64,000 nucleotides of DNA from an uncultured Candidatus Binatia bacterium. Lineage in GTDB: Bacteria; Desulfobacterota; Binatia; UBA9968; JAJDTQ01. Below the pieces are notes generated by a model, which did not search any database, was not told where the DNA came from, and worked only from the letters and a program-made list of their open reading frames with translations. Location: assembly GCA_964291295.2 (NCBI GenBank), contig OZ219754.1:3424001-3488000 (forward strand), in the 5' to 3' direction. The position numbers and the translations under genes were made by a program. Shown here piece by piece: positions 33,292 through 43,969 of this stretch (within the stretch, counting starts at the first letter, position 1; each line of letters opens with the position of its first letter).

Positions 33292-34067
33292 TGGCTGAAG
33301 CGGCCGGTGCGGCAAACGAAGGCAAAGCGAGGATGCGGGTCTGGCGCGGCGACGCCAGCGGCGGCGAGTTCAGGGACTACACCGTGCCGCTTCAGGAAGG
33401 CATGGTCGTGCTGGACGTCATCCACGGCATCCAGGCCCGGCACGCCGGCGACCTCGCCGTGCGCTGGAACTGCAAGGCCGGGAAATGCGGGTCGTGCAGC
33501 GCCGAGGTCAACGGCAAGCCGCGGCTCATGTGCATGACGCGCATGAACACGTTCGAACCCGGCGAGACCATCACGGTGGCGCCCATCAAGACCTTTCCGC
33601 TGATCCGCGACCTGGTCACCGACGTCTCCTACAACTACGCGAAGGCTCGGACCATCCCGCCGTTCAAGCCCAGGCCCAAGGAAGCCGACGGCACCCGGCG
33701 CATGTACCAGGAGGACATCGACCGGGTGCAGGAATTCCACAAGTGCATCGAGTGCTTCCTGTGCCAGAATGTCTGCCACGTGATCCGCGACCACGACGAC
33801 AACAAGCCGAGCTTTGCCGGGCCGCGTTTCTTCGTGCGGGTGGCGAGCCTGGAGATGCACCCGCTGGACACCGACGACCGGCTGGAATTCCTGCGCAACG
33901 AAGCCGGACTCGGCTTCTGCAACATCACCAAGTGCTGCACCGAGGTCTGTCCGGAAAACATCAAGATCACCGACAACGCCATCATCCCCTTGAAGGAACG
34001 CGTGGTGACGCGGTTCTACGACCCCATCGCGCGGCTCCTGGGCGCGCTGGGCGGGAAGCGCTCCTGA
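33291..34067 (+). CDS. sdhB: Succinate dehydrogenase iron-sulfur subunit (Rv0247c-like)
   Basis: NCKAGKCGSC, CIECFLCQNVC and CNITKCCTEVCP. Confidence 0.93.
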   Translation: MAEAAGAANEGKARMRVWRGDASGGEFRDYTVPLQEGMVVLDVIHGIQARHAGDLAVRWNCKAGKCGSCSAEVNGKPRLMCMTRMNTFEPGETITVAPIKTFPLIRDLVTDVSYNYAKARTIPPFKPRPKEADGTRRMYQEDIDRVQEFHKCIECFLCQNVCHVIRDHDDNKPSFAGPRFFVRVASLEMHPLDTDDRLEFLRNEAGLGFCNITKCCTEVCPENIKITDNAIIPLKERVVTRFYDPIARLLGALGGKRS

Positions 34068-34098
34068 CACCGGCGTGCCCGGTCCGCCGCCCGCACCG

Positions 34099-34875
34099 AT
34101 GGAACTGTCGGAAAGAGTCGCGCTGATCACCGGCGGCGGCACCGGTATCGGCAAGGCGGTGGCGCGGGCCATGGCCCGGGAGGGAGCCCGGGTCGTCATC
34201 GCCGCGCGCGACCGGGCGAGGCTCGAGGCGGCGGCGGGGGAATTGTCCGCGGAAGGCCATTCCGTGTTGCCGGTGACGCTGGACGTAACGGACAGGCAGG
34301 TGGTTCGCGACTGCGTAAACACGGTCCGGAAACACCGGGGCGGGGTCCACATCCTGGTGAACAACGCCGGCGCCTCGGGCATGACACCCATGGATGAGGC
34401 CGACGATGGCCGCTGGCATGCCATCATCGATACGAACCTGACCGGCGTCTACCGGATGACCCGGGAAGTGCTTGGCGTCATGCGCGACGGCGGCCACGGG
34501 CGCATCATCAACATGGCCTCGGTGCTGGGCAAGTTCGGCGTCGCCGGCTACGCCGCCTACTGCGCCAGCAAGCACGGGCTCATCGGCTTCACCCGGGCGC
34601 TGGCCCTGGAGCTCGTGTCCCGGGGCATTACCGTCAATGCCCTCTGCCCCGGCTGGGTGGACACGGAGATGTCCCGTACCGGCATCGCGCAGATCGCCGC
34701 GCGGCAGGGAACCGACCCCGAGTCCTTCAGGCAACAGGCGCTTGCCGCCGTTCCCATCCGGCGGTTCCTGGAACCGGAGGAGATCGCCCGGTTCGCGGTG
34801 TATCTGGCATCGGACAAGGCGTCCGGCATCACCGGACAGGCCCTCAACATCTGCGGCGGGCAGACAATGGTGTAA
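34099..34875 (+). CDS. SDR family oxidoreductase
   Basis: TGGGTGIG, NNAG, YCASK and PGWVDT. Confidence 0.92.
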   Translation: MELSERVALITGGGTGIGKAVARAMAREGARVVIAARDRARLEAAAGELSAEGHSVLPVTLDVTDRQVVRDCVNTVRKHRGGVHILVNNAGASGMTPMDEADDGRWHAIIDTNLTGVYRMTREVLGVMRDGGHGRIINMASVLGKFGVAGYAAYCASKHGLIGFTRALALELVSRGITVNALCPGWVDTEMSRTGIAQIAARQGTDPESFRQQALAAVPIRRFLEPEEIARFAVYLASDKASGITGQALNICGGQTMV

Positions 34876-34878
34876 CCC

Positions 34879-35703
34879 ATGACGATCCCGGAACTCGAAG
34901 CCCTGGCCAGGGACATCAGAGTCGAAGTGATCCGCATGCTGGTGGAGGCGGGCTCCGGCCATCCGGGCGGCTCGCTGTCGTGCACCGACATGGTGACGGC
35001 GTTGTACTTCCACCAGATGCGCCACCGGCCGGACCAGCCGGATTGGCCCGACCGCGACCGGTTCGTGCTCTCCAAGGGCCACTGCGTGCCGGCCGTGTAC
35101 GCCGCCCTGGCCCGGGCCGGCTACTTTCCGCGGGAGGAGATGCGGACCCTGCGCAAGCTCGACAGCCGCATCCAGGGACACCCGGACCGCCACCGCTTCC
35201 CGTATCTGGAGGCCTCCACCGGCTCTCTGGGACAGGGACTGTCGGTGGCCCTGGGGATGGCTCTGGCGGGCAGGACCAGCGGCCGGGACTACCGCGTCTA
35301 CTGCATCATCAGCGACGGCGAGTGCCAGGCCGGACAGATCTGGGAGGCGGCCATGGCCGCGCCCCGGTTCCATCTCGACAATCTCTGTGTGCTTGTGGAC
35401 TACAACCACATCCAGTTGAGCGGCGGCGTGGACGACATCATGAGCCTGGAGCCGCTGCCGGACAAGTGGCGCGCGTTCAACTGGAACGTGCTGGAAATCG
35501 ACGGACACAGCTTCCCGGCCCTGCTCGAGTCGCTGGCGGCCGCGGCGCAGCATCGTGACGGCCCCACGGTCATCGTTTGCCAGACCGTCAAGGGCAAGGG
35601 GGTGAGCTTCATGGAGAACCGTTGGGAGTGGCACGGCAAGGCCCCCGGCCGCGAGGAAGGCGAACGCGCCATCGCCGAGATCGTCGACGGAGCAAACGCA
35701 TGA
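34879..35703 (+). CDS. Transketolase, N-terminal (TPP-binding) subunit
   Basis: SGHPGGSLS, DRFVLSKGH, TGSLGQG, DGECQAG and KGKG. Confidence 0.93.
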   Translation: MTIPELEALARDIRVEVIRMLVEAGSGHPGGSLSCTDMVTALYFHQMRHRPDQPDWPDRDRFVLSKGHCVPAVYAALARAGYFPREEMRTLRKLDSRIQGHPDRHRFPYLEASTGSLGQGLSVALGMALAGRTSGRDYRVYCIISDGECQAGQIWEAAMAAPRFHLDNLCVLVDYNHIQLSGGVDDIMSLEPLPDKWRAFNWNVLEIDGHSFPALLESLAAAAQHRDGPTVIVCQTVKGKGVSFMENRWEWHGKAPGREEGERAIAEIVDGANA

Positions 35704-36623
35704 GCGCCACCGCAACACGCGTCACCTTCGGCGAGACCGTGACCCGGCTGGCCGACACCCATCCGGACATCGTGGTGCTGGACGCCGACCTGCGGAAGTC
35801 CACCATGACCGACGCGTTCTCCCGGAAGCATCCGGACCGGTTCTTCGACGTGGGCATCGCCGAGGGGAACATGGTGGGCATCGGCGCGGGCATGGCCCTG
35901 GCGGGCAAGATCCCCTTCATCTGCAGCTTCGCCTGCTTCGTGGTGGGCCGCTTCGAGCAGATCCGCATGGCCGTGGCCTACAACCGCGCCAACGTCAAGA
36001 TCGTCGGCACCCACGCCGGCATCGGCATCGGCGAGGACGGCTACAGCCAGATGGCGACCGAAGACATGGGGCTGATGCGCACCCTGCCGAACATGGCCGT
36101 GGTGCAACCCGCCGACGCCATCGAGACCCGCGGCGCCGTGGAGTATATCACGCGGCACGACGGACCCGTGTTCCTGCGGCTCACCCGCCAGAAGGTGGCC
36201 GACGTCAACGGCGCGGATTACGAATTCCGGTTCGGCAAGGCAGTGGTACTCCGGGAAGGCACCGACGTGTCGCTGTTCGGGACCGGTGCCGTGATGGAGA
36301 ACGCGCTCAAGGCCGCCGACCTGCTGGCCGACCGGGGCATCCAGGCCCAAGTGGTCAACATCCACACCATCAAACCCATCGACACCGACTTCATCTCGTC
36401 CGTCGCCTCGGGGCACGGCAGGATCGTGACCGTCGAGGACCACGGGATCTCGGGCGGCCTCGGCAGCGCCGTGGCCGAAACCGTGGCCGAACTCGGCCGC
36501 GGACGCGTCCGGCGCGTGGGCGTCACCGAGTTCGCCGAGTCCGGCGACACCGAGGGGCTCTACGCCAAGTACGGACTGTCCGCCGGGCACATCAGCGCCG
36601 CGGCGGTGGAATTGATGGGTTAG
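35700..36623 (+). CDS. Transketolase, C-terminal subunit
   Basis: LDADL, GIAE, GEDGYSQMATED, IKPID and GGLGS. Confidence 0.93.
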   Translation: MSATATRVTFGETVTRLADTHPDIVVLDADLRKSTMTDAFSRKHPDRFFDVGIAEGNMVGIGAGMALAGKIPFICSFACFVVGRFEQIRMAVAYNRANVKIVGTHAGIGIGEDGYSQMATEDMGLMRTLPNMAVVQPADAIETRGAVEYITRHDGPVFLRLTRQKVADVNGADYEFRFGKAVVLREGTDVSLFGTGAVMENALKAADLLADRGIQAQVVNIHTIKPIDTDFISSVASGHGRIVTVEDHGISGGLGSAVAETVAELGRGRVRRVGVTEFAESGDTEGLYAKYGLSAGHISAAAVELMG

Positions 36624-36964
36624 CAGCCTGTCGGACTTGGGGGGTTCTGGGCCGAAGCTTGCTCTTGCCGGACCGCGTCGCACCTGCCGACTCTTGGCCC
36701 TCGTACACGGCCTTCGCCCGGCGCTCCAACTCCGCACACGCCCTGTCCAGCTTCGCCTTCAGCGTCTTCCGCCGTCTCAACTGCCTCCGGCAGCCCCTGC
36801 CGGTCCGTCTCCGCGTCCGCTCGTTCCGCGCGACCCATCAACTCTCCTGTCTCCCTACGCAGTCGCTCGCGCAACTCCACCGCCCGGTCGTAACGAATCC
36901 CCTTGCGCTTGTTCGCGTTCGCACCCATCTGCATGCCGTCCACGCTCACCGTCCCTACCTTCAC
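36620..36964 (-). mobile_element. IS1182-family transposase remnant
   Basis: VSVDG..ANANK, IRYDR, AERAD, LP and LKAKLDRAC in shifted frames; terminal AGTCCGACAGGCTGCTA abuts the transketolase stop. Confidence 0.7.
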
Positions 36965-37143
36965 TCCAGAACATGGAACGTTCCGAAGTTCTTGATCACA
37001 ACTTTTTCACCTCGCGACAGGGCATCCGATATGTGGCGCAGGATGCCCTCGACCAGGTGATCGCAATCTTTGCGCTGTACCTGAGAAGCCTGGAACACCG
37101 CCTGGCTCAAGTTGGATCTGGTTACAGTTTTTCCGCCCATACC
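36961..37143 (-). pseudogene. Truncated integration host factor/HU-like gene
   Basis: KTVTRSNL, V..IL..ISDALSRGEKVVIKNFGTF, then a stop at the IS junction; lacks the RNP arm. Confidence 0.7.
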
Positions 37144-37645
37144 CAAAGCCTCTGACCGCATTCAGCCGAACGGGCAGCAGCGCCAATCCGATTGAACCGC
37201 TATACCGCCGCGAAGGATCGAGCCGACACAAACATCCTTGCGTGCTCTGAGGCATGTGCGCTGTCTGGAACGGCTTTCTGAGCAGGGGAACTTTCTGAGC
37301 AAGGGAAGCCGGATAGGTCGAGATTTGTCTTACCCCGCCGGCGTGTTTGATTTCCGCGGGGTCCGGCGCGCCGCCCGGTGCGATGCGGCGACATCCTCGG
37401 GTCCGACACGGTCCACCGCATCCTGCCGAAGGCGGGCAGGATGCGGGTGCCCAACTCCGCCCGGCTCAGCCCCGCGCCGATGAGGACCGTTTCCCGACCG
37501 GTCCGCCTGAGGGCGTTGGACTGCAAGCTGCAAACAGGTGCGGGTCCGCTTTCCAGCGCCGTCGCCGGCAAGCAGTGAAGAGCCAGAAGGACAAGTGCGG
37601 CTGTTGCCTTGCGCGCCGGAAGTCAGGTGCAGGCCACAACAAGGC

Positions 37646-37768
37646 GTCCCGCGCCCCGCCCCCGCGATTGCGGGGCAAGAGGGGCGCGGGACCGTTCTCA
37701 CCATGACCGCCCCTGGACGCTCGCTTGCGCGCCCGCCGTCCCCATGGAGACTGCGGCTCCGGCTGTCG
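37646..37768 (-). ncRNA. Structured 3' segment of the DGR template RNA (spacer after TR), ending in a long GC hairpin
   Basis: Inverted repeat gtcccgcgcccc (37646-57) / ggggcgcgggac (37681-92) with an inner stem; lies directly 3' of TR. Confidence 0.5.
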
Positions 37769-37801
37769 AGCGTGCGGGCAACTCGAAACCCGTTGTTGTT
37801 G

Positions 37802-39016
<1,215 letters not shown>

Positions 39017-39437
39017 CGATACACCGGGCCGCATGTTCGTAGCGGCGCCGGTCGAGATAGCCCAGGTCCCGGGCCGCACGGCACAGGAAACGCAGCTTTT
39101 CGAGACCGAGGTTCGCGCGCGCCAGATGGCCTGCCCGGCTGCGCGTGTATGTGGCCTCGACCAAGCTTTCCAGCACGTCCAGGGCCACGCCCTGCATACG
39201 GTCCCCCAGCAGAAACTTCTGGCTTCTCGGGAAGCGCTCCAGAACCGGAACCAGCCACAGTACGAAACGGTAATGGGCTTCCAGCGCCGGCCCGGTCTCC
39301 CGCGCGCCATCCCCCTTCCGAGGGCCCGCCGGCCTCTCGCCCGTTCCATCCGGATTCGTCGTCACGGCTCAAGCGAGTGCCTTCGCAAACCCGACAGGAC
39401 CCGCCTCCGGATACGAAAGCCGGGAACCCCAAAAAGC

Positions 39438-39460
39438 GTCCGGGGGCTACGCCCCCGGAC
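39438..39460 (-). promoter_or_regulatory. DGR target-recognition DNA hairpin downstream of VR/IMH
   Basis: Perfect 10-bp stem GTCCGGGGGC-GTA-GCCCCCGGAC, 23 nt after the target stop. Confidence 0.8.
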
Positions 39461-39483
39461 CCCCGAGGTAAGGAGGTAAAGAC

Positions 39484-41229
39484 TCAAGGGGCAAGCGTCC
39501 GGGCAACTCGAAACCCGATGTCGTCGTCACGGTCTCCGGCGCCGTTCTTGATGCGGATCGCGGACCGGAGGTACCCCGGAGAGTTGAACCAGGAACCGCC
39601 CCGCAACACGCGGCGACCGCGGCGACTGCAATCGCCGCCGCTCGTCCAGGCGCTTCCATCCGATGGCGCTCCCGCATAGTCGCCATGCCAGCAGTCCTCC
39701 ACCCACTCCCACACATTCCCATGCATGTCGTGCAGGCCGAAACCGTTCGCCGAAAAGGAACCAACCGGCGCCGTTTGCTTGTTACCCCAGCGACTGCCGC
39801 AGTCATGGCAGTTAGCACGGCCCTGACCGATCGAATCACCCCAGTGGTAGCGGCTCCATGTCCCCGCGCGCGCCGCATATTCCCACTCCGCCTCCGTCAG
39901 CAGGCGGTAGCGCTGACCGGTCTTCTCCGACAGCCAACGAACGTACGCCTGTGCATCCTTCCAGTTGACGCACACGACCGGGTCGCGATCCGTCTGCCGG
40001 AACCCGGGATTGTCCCAGCAGGAATTGCGCATGGCGTGGCCGGTAGCTTCGACGAACTTCCCGAACTCGCCGCGCGTCACCTCGTATTTGCCCACCGCAA
40101 AGGACTCCGCTATCGTCACCCGGCGCTGCGGGCCTTCGTCCCTGTCGCGTCCCTTTTCCGAAGCCGGCGAGCCCATGGTGAAAGAACCCGCCGGAACGAC
40201 CACCATCTCCGGGCATTCCGGGCAATCGTGGAACTCCTTTCCCGGAGGGAAAAGGCTCGCTACTGTCTTGCCTCCAGGTCCCTTGATCGAGGCGTCCGCA
40301 CCACCTTTCATCAGCAAGTCGATTATCTCGTCATGCCCGTGCACCGCCGCCATGAACAGCGCCGTCGCCCCGTCCGCCAAGCGTATGTCGGGATCCGCGC
40401 CGGCCTCCAGCAGATGCGGAACCAGCAGCGTGTAACCCTTGTCCACCGCGAGCATCAGGGGCGTCCAGCCGCGGGCGTCCCGGACGTTGACGTCCGCTCC
40501 CGTCGCCAGCGCCGCCTTCAGCCCGTCGACATCGCCCGCATTCACCAGCCGGTGCAGGTCGACGGGAGGTGGGGCGGGCCTGCGCTCTGCCGGGGCTTCG
40601 GTGACATTCCGGCCCCCGGCTGCGGTGCGCATCGCGCGCAGGGCCCCCGGGGTCAACATGTCGCCCGGCGGCATGCCCGTGTCCCGCAGGAACGCCGCAT
40701 AGGCCCGTCCGGTCTGCGGACCCCAGTGCCCGTCGGGCGGTCCGGGCCTGTAGCCGAGCGCGGCCAGGAGCGCCTGCGCCTCCCGGACCGCCCGTGGCGG
40801 CGGCCCGGCGGGAGATTCCGCAGCCGGAGCGTCCCCGGTGGACGGGCGGCTGGCGGTCGGCGCGCCCCGGCTCCGCCAAGCCCGCGCGAGCTTGCGCGCC
40901 TCGGCCCGCTCCCCGGCCGTCATGTCCTCCGCCAGCGCGTCGCGTTCCGCCGCCGCCTCAACACTGCCGAGACCCGCAGCGAGGTTCAGCCACTTGTGCG
41001 CCTCGACATAGTCCTGGGGAACGCCGAGACCCTTCACATGGGCCCGGCCCAGCGCCAGCATGGCGCGCGCGTCGCCCGTCTCCGCCGCCGCTCCCCATTG
41101 CGCCAGCGCCTCGGCGGTTCGGCCCGCATCCCACGCCGTCTGTCCCGCCTCGAAATCCGCCCGCGCGGCCGCGCCGCACGACAATATCGCCGCCAGGCAG
41201 CAGACGGCCAAGACTGCGTTCCGATACAT
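39484..41229 (-). CDS. DGR target protein: signal peptide, Sel1 repeat, PG-binding-like domain, ankyrin repeats, FGE-sulfatase/CLec domain (581 aa)
   Basis: GLGVPQDYVEAHKWLNLAA; AQALLAALGYRPGPPDG.WG..T; GWTPLMLA and GATALFMAA; CPEMVVVPAGSFTMGS, RLLTEAEWEYAAR, GLHDMHGNVWEW, RGGSW and GFRVAR. Confidence 0.9.
   Translation of the reverse strand: MYRNAVLAVCCLAAILSCGAAARADFEAGQTAWDAGRTAEALAQWGAAAETGDARAMLALGRAHVKGLGVPQDYVEAHKWLNLAAGLGSVEAAAERDALAEDMTAGERAEARKLARAWRSRGAPTASRPSTGDAPAAESPAGPPPRAVREAQALLAALGYRPGPPDGHWGPQTGRAYAAFLRDTGMPPGDMLTPGALRAMRTAAGGRNVTEAPAERRPAPPPVDLHRLVNAGDVDGLKAALATGADVNVRDARGWTPLMLAVDKGYTLLVPHLLEAGADPDIRLADGATALFMAAVHGHDEIIDLLMKGGADASIKGPGGKTVASLFPPGKEFHDCPECPEMVVVPAGSFTMGSPASEKGRDRDEGPQRRVTIAESFAVGKYEVTRGEFGKFVEATGHAMRNSCWDNPGFRQTDRDPVVCVNWKDAQAYVRWLSEKTGQRYRLLTEAEWEYAARAGTWSRYHWGDSIGQGRANCHDCGSRWGNKQTAPVGSFSANGFGLHDMHGNVWEWVEDCWHGDYAGAPSDGSAWTSGGDCSRRGRRVLRGGSWFNSPGYLRSAIRIKNGAGDRDDDIGFRVARTLAP
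39494..39617 (-). repeat. DGR variable repeat (VR)
   Basis: 3' end of the target gene; 15 of 18 mismatches to TR are at TR adenines. Confidence 0.95.
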
Positions 41230-41251
41230 CCGTTGTCTCCCCTCCGAAACC

Positions 41252-42835
41252 CTAATACGAACAATTCCAGGTGCCATCGCTGCCGCGCCAGGGAGTGCCG
41301 CCCGCACCGCAATCGAAACACCACGTGCCACCGGCGTCGGTAAGAAGAACGCCGCTCACGCCACAAGTAATGGCTGCCCCCCTGAGCCGGTCCTGACGTT
41401 CCCGTTCCCGTTGTTCCCGGTTCTGCTGCAAGATCAGCTGGAGCTGTCGTTCCTGTTCCTGTCGGACCCTTTCCTGCCGGGCCTGTTCCTGTTGTTGCTC
41501 CCGATAGGCCTGCCGCTGCCGGTCCCGGGCCTGCTGCAAGATCAGTTGTTCCTGTCGGGCCTGTTCCCGTTGAGCTCTTTCCCGTGCCCTTTCCTGTTGA
41601 CGGTCCCGGGTCTGCTGCAACATCTGCAGGTTCCGTCTTATCTGGTGCACGCTTTCGTTGAGGCGCCGCCTGCTGTCTTCGGCGCGCCGCCGGTTGTCTT
41701 CGCGGATCCTCTCCTTTTCGCGGATACTCTCCATCTCTATGGCGTGTAATTCCTCGCGCCAGCGCCTGTCGGCGGCCGCCTCTGCCTGCCTCCGTGCCTC
41801 CTCGGCCGCATGGGCGGCAGCCATCTCTGCCTGCCTCCGTGCCTCCTCGGCCGCATGGGCGGCAGCCATCTCTGCCTGCCTCCGCGCCTCCTCGGCCGCA
41901 CGGGCGGCAGCCGCCTCTGCCTGCCTCCGCGCCTCCTCCGCGCGACGGTCGGCCTCCAGCTTTTCCAGCGCCCTTGCATACCCGGCCGGCTGAGGCCCCC
42001 GGCCCGGCACGCCAGTCAGCGCCTTCTCGTAGTTCGACGGGCCGGTTTGACTCACCGGCGCCGCCCGGGTCTCCGCCGCCTCCGGCGCCCAAGGGTCCCC
42101 GGCAGCCCGGGCCGCCGCGCTCGCTCCCTCGCCCCTTTCGCCCCACGGGTCGTCCGGCTGCGCCCACGGGTCCTGCCCGTCTTCACGCGCCTTCTCCGCC
42201 CCCGGCGCCGCCGCCGGCATGTTCGAGACAGTTTCGTTGCGCCGCCACGCCGGGTCGCGGGGGAGCCCCTGCTCGCGGACGATCCGGCGCATCCGGTAGG
42301 GCAGCATGTCCAAGTGGAGCTCTGCTTCCTGCTCCTGCCACCTGGCCTCGAAGCGCCGTTCGATTGCGGCAACGACCTTCGGCGCGATCAGGCTGGATCC
42401 GGCCGCGCGTCCCAGATCCCACGCGGCGAGGGCGTGGCTGACAAGTGGAGAGTAACTCCGCGCCGCCACGACCGGAAGGGCCCAACGCTTGCCCAGCTTC
42501 TTCAGCACGGGACCCAGGGACTTCGTCTTCTCCAGCTTCTTCCAGGCCACCTCCCCCACTTTCCACATTGCCCGCTCGGCCTTGTGGGCCGCCTTGCGCA
42601 CCATCATGTCGTCCACGGGGGACCGTTCGGCACTCTCCCGGCCCTGCGGCTTCCCGTCTGCGTGCGGATTCCTCTTGTCCAGATCCCGGGCCGCGGCCCT
42701 CAGGAGGTTTGTCGCGAAGGATTCCAACGTGAACCCGTGCGCCGGAACCGCCGCAACGGAGACCGCCGCCAGCGTCAGGACGGTCGCACAGGCGCAGACC
42801 GGGTTTGCCAAGGCGCGCGCGTGTCTTGCGAACAT
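41252..42835 (-). CDS. Hypothetical secreted protein with long coiled coil and Cys-containing C-terminus
   Basis: AAGGAG RBS, signal-like N-terminus (VPAHG), tandem AEEARRQAE repeats and a Q/R/E-rich segment. Confidence 0.7.
   Translation of the reverse strand: MFARHARALANPVCACATVLTLAAVSVAAVPAHGFTLESFATNLLRAAARDLDKRNPHADGKPQGRESAERSPVDDMMVRKAAHKAERAMWKVGEVAWKKLEKTKSLGPVLKKLGKRWALPVVAARSYSPLVSHALAAWDLGRAAGSSLIAPKVVAAIERRFEARWQEQEAELHLDMLPYRMRRIVREQGLPRDPAWRRNETVSNMPAAAPGAEKAREDGQDPWAQPDDPWGERGEGASAAARAAGDPWAPEAAETRAAPVSQTGPSNYEKALTGVPGRGPQPAGYARALEKLEADRRAEEARRQAEAAAARAAEEARRQAEMAAAHAAEEARRQAEMAAAHAAEEARRQAEAAADRRWREELHAIEMESIREKERIREDNRRRAEDSRRRLNESVHQIRRNLQMLQQTRDRQQERARERAQREQARQEQLILQQARDRQRQAYREQQQEQARQERVRQEQERQLQLILQQNREQRERERQDRLRGAAITCGVSGVLLTDAGGTWCFDCGAGGTPWRGSDGTWNCSY
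41780..41942 (-). repeat. 45-bp tandem repeat, about 3.5 copies (AEMAAAHAAEEARRQ)
   Basis: Near-identical units visible in both DNA and protein. Confidence 0.85.
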
Positions 42836-42839
42836 CTCC

Positions 42840-43898
42840 TTATCCCTCCTTTTGCCGGGCGGCATCGGCCGCCCCGATCGTGTCGAGAAGCGAAACGATG
42901 ACGATGCGGCGCAGCGAACACGCCGCTCCCTCCAGCCGGCACTGGACCAGGAAATAGACCTGACCGTCCTCGGGCAGAGACCCGATCAGCAACCGCCGGT
43001 CCGCTCCGGCATCCAGGACCATGTCGAGAACGAGCCGGGCCGCCAGACCTTCGGGCAGGTCCGCCACCGCCTGCGCCGTCGCCGGGTCGGTCGCGGGCGC
43101 CGCCGCCGTCACCGCGCCGGCATCGCCCGAGGACAGCGCAGCCGTCACCCTGGCGAGGGTCGGACGCAGCCACGCCCGGGCGTCCGATGTCCAGCCGGCG
43201 CGCTGGCGCGCATCCCGCAGCAGCCGCGGCAAGGCGGCGCGCGCCCGCTCAGCGTCTTCCGCAAAGCTGGCGGAGGTTTTCGCGGCGGATTGCGCCGCCG
43301 GCGGGTGCAGGCGATGGAATTCGGCCAGACGCGAGGCGGCGGCGACGGACAGCGCCTCGACCATCCCGGCATCGGCCTGCAGCCATGAAGGCGAGGGCCC
43401 CGCCGCGCGCGGCGGCGACCCGAAGCTCTCGCCGGGAAAGGCCCGGGCGGCGGCGACCCGCCAGCCATCGTCCTGCACCGCCCAGTGGGTGGCGACGGCG
43501 ACATCGAGCAGCGGGTTGTAGTAGAGCGCAACCGGCCCCGGCGAGCGGAGCCGGCCGAGCCCCACCATCGTGTTCCGGAAGAACGCCGGCCACATCCCGG
43601 GCGGGGCGCTGCGCGAGCCCCCCGGAATCCGGGACAGCACCGCGTACCCGCTCCCCTTGACGATGGCTGCCCGCAGGGCCAGCGCGTGCGCGGCGAAGAC
43701 GCGCGCGCCGTCATCGGTTTCCATCAGCCTTGCCACCGCTCGCGTGGCGGCGACCACGAGGCTCGCCGTTACGGCGGAAGCCGATACGCCGCTCGCCAAA
43801 CCCGGCTTCCGTTCCAGGGCCACCGTCGCCGGCGGACAGGCCACAAAGACGATGGCCAGCATCGCAGCCGCACCCGACACAAGCCCGACCCGGTTCAT
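42840..43898 (-). CDS. Hypothetical, probably exported protein
   Basis: Hydrophobic N-terminus MNRVGLVSGAAAMLAIVFVAC; stop lies 4 nt from the next start. No family recognised. Confidence 0.55.
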   Translation of the reverse strand: MNRVGLVSGAAAMLAIVFVACPPATVALERKPGLASGVSASAVTASLVVAATRAVARLMETDDGARVFAAHALALRAAIVKGSGYAVLSRIPGGSRSAPPGMWPAFFRNTMVGLGRLRSPGPVALYYNPLLDVAVATHWAVQDDGWRVAAARAFPGESFGSPPRAAGPSPSWLQADAGMVEALSVAAASRLAEFHRLHPPAAQSAAKTSASFAEDAERARAALPRLLRDARQRAGWTSDARAWLRPTLARVTAALSSGDAGAVTAAAPATDPATAQAVADLPEGLAARLVLDMVLDAGADRRLLIGSLPEDGQVYFLVQCRLEGAACSLRRIVIVSLLDTIGAADAARQKEG

Positions 43899-43969
43899 GT
43901 GCTTTGCCGGCTCCCGCCGCCGCGCGCGCACGGTCCGCACGATCACACCGTCTGCCCGGCAGTTACCGG

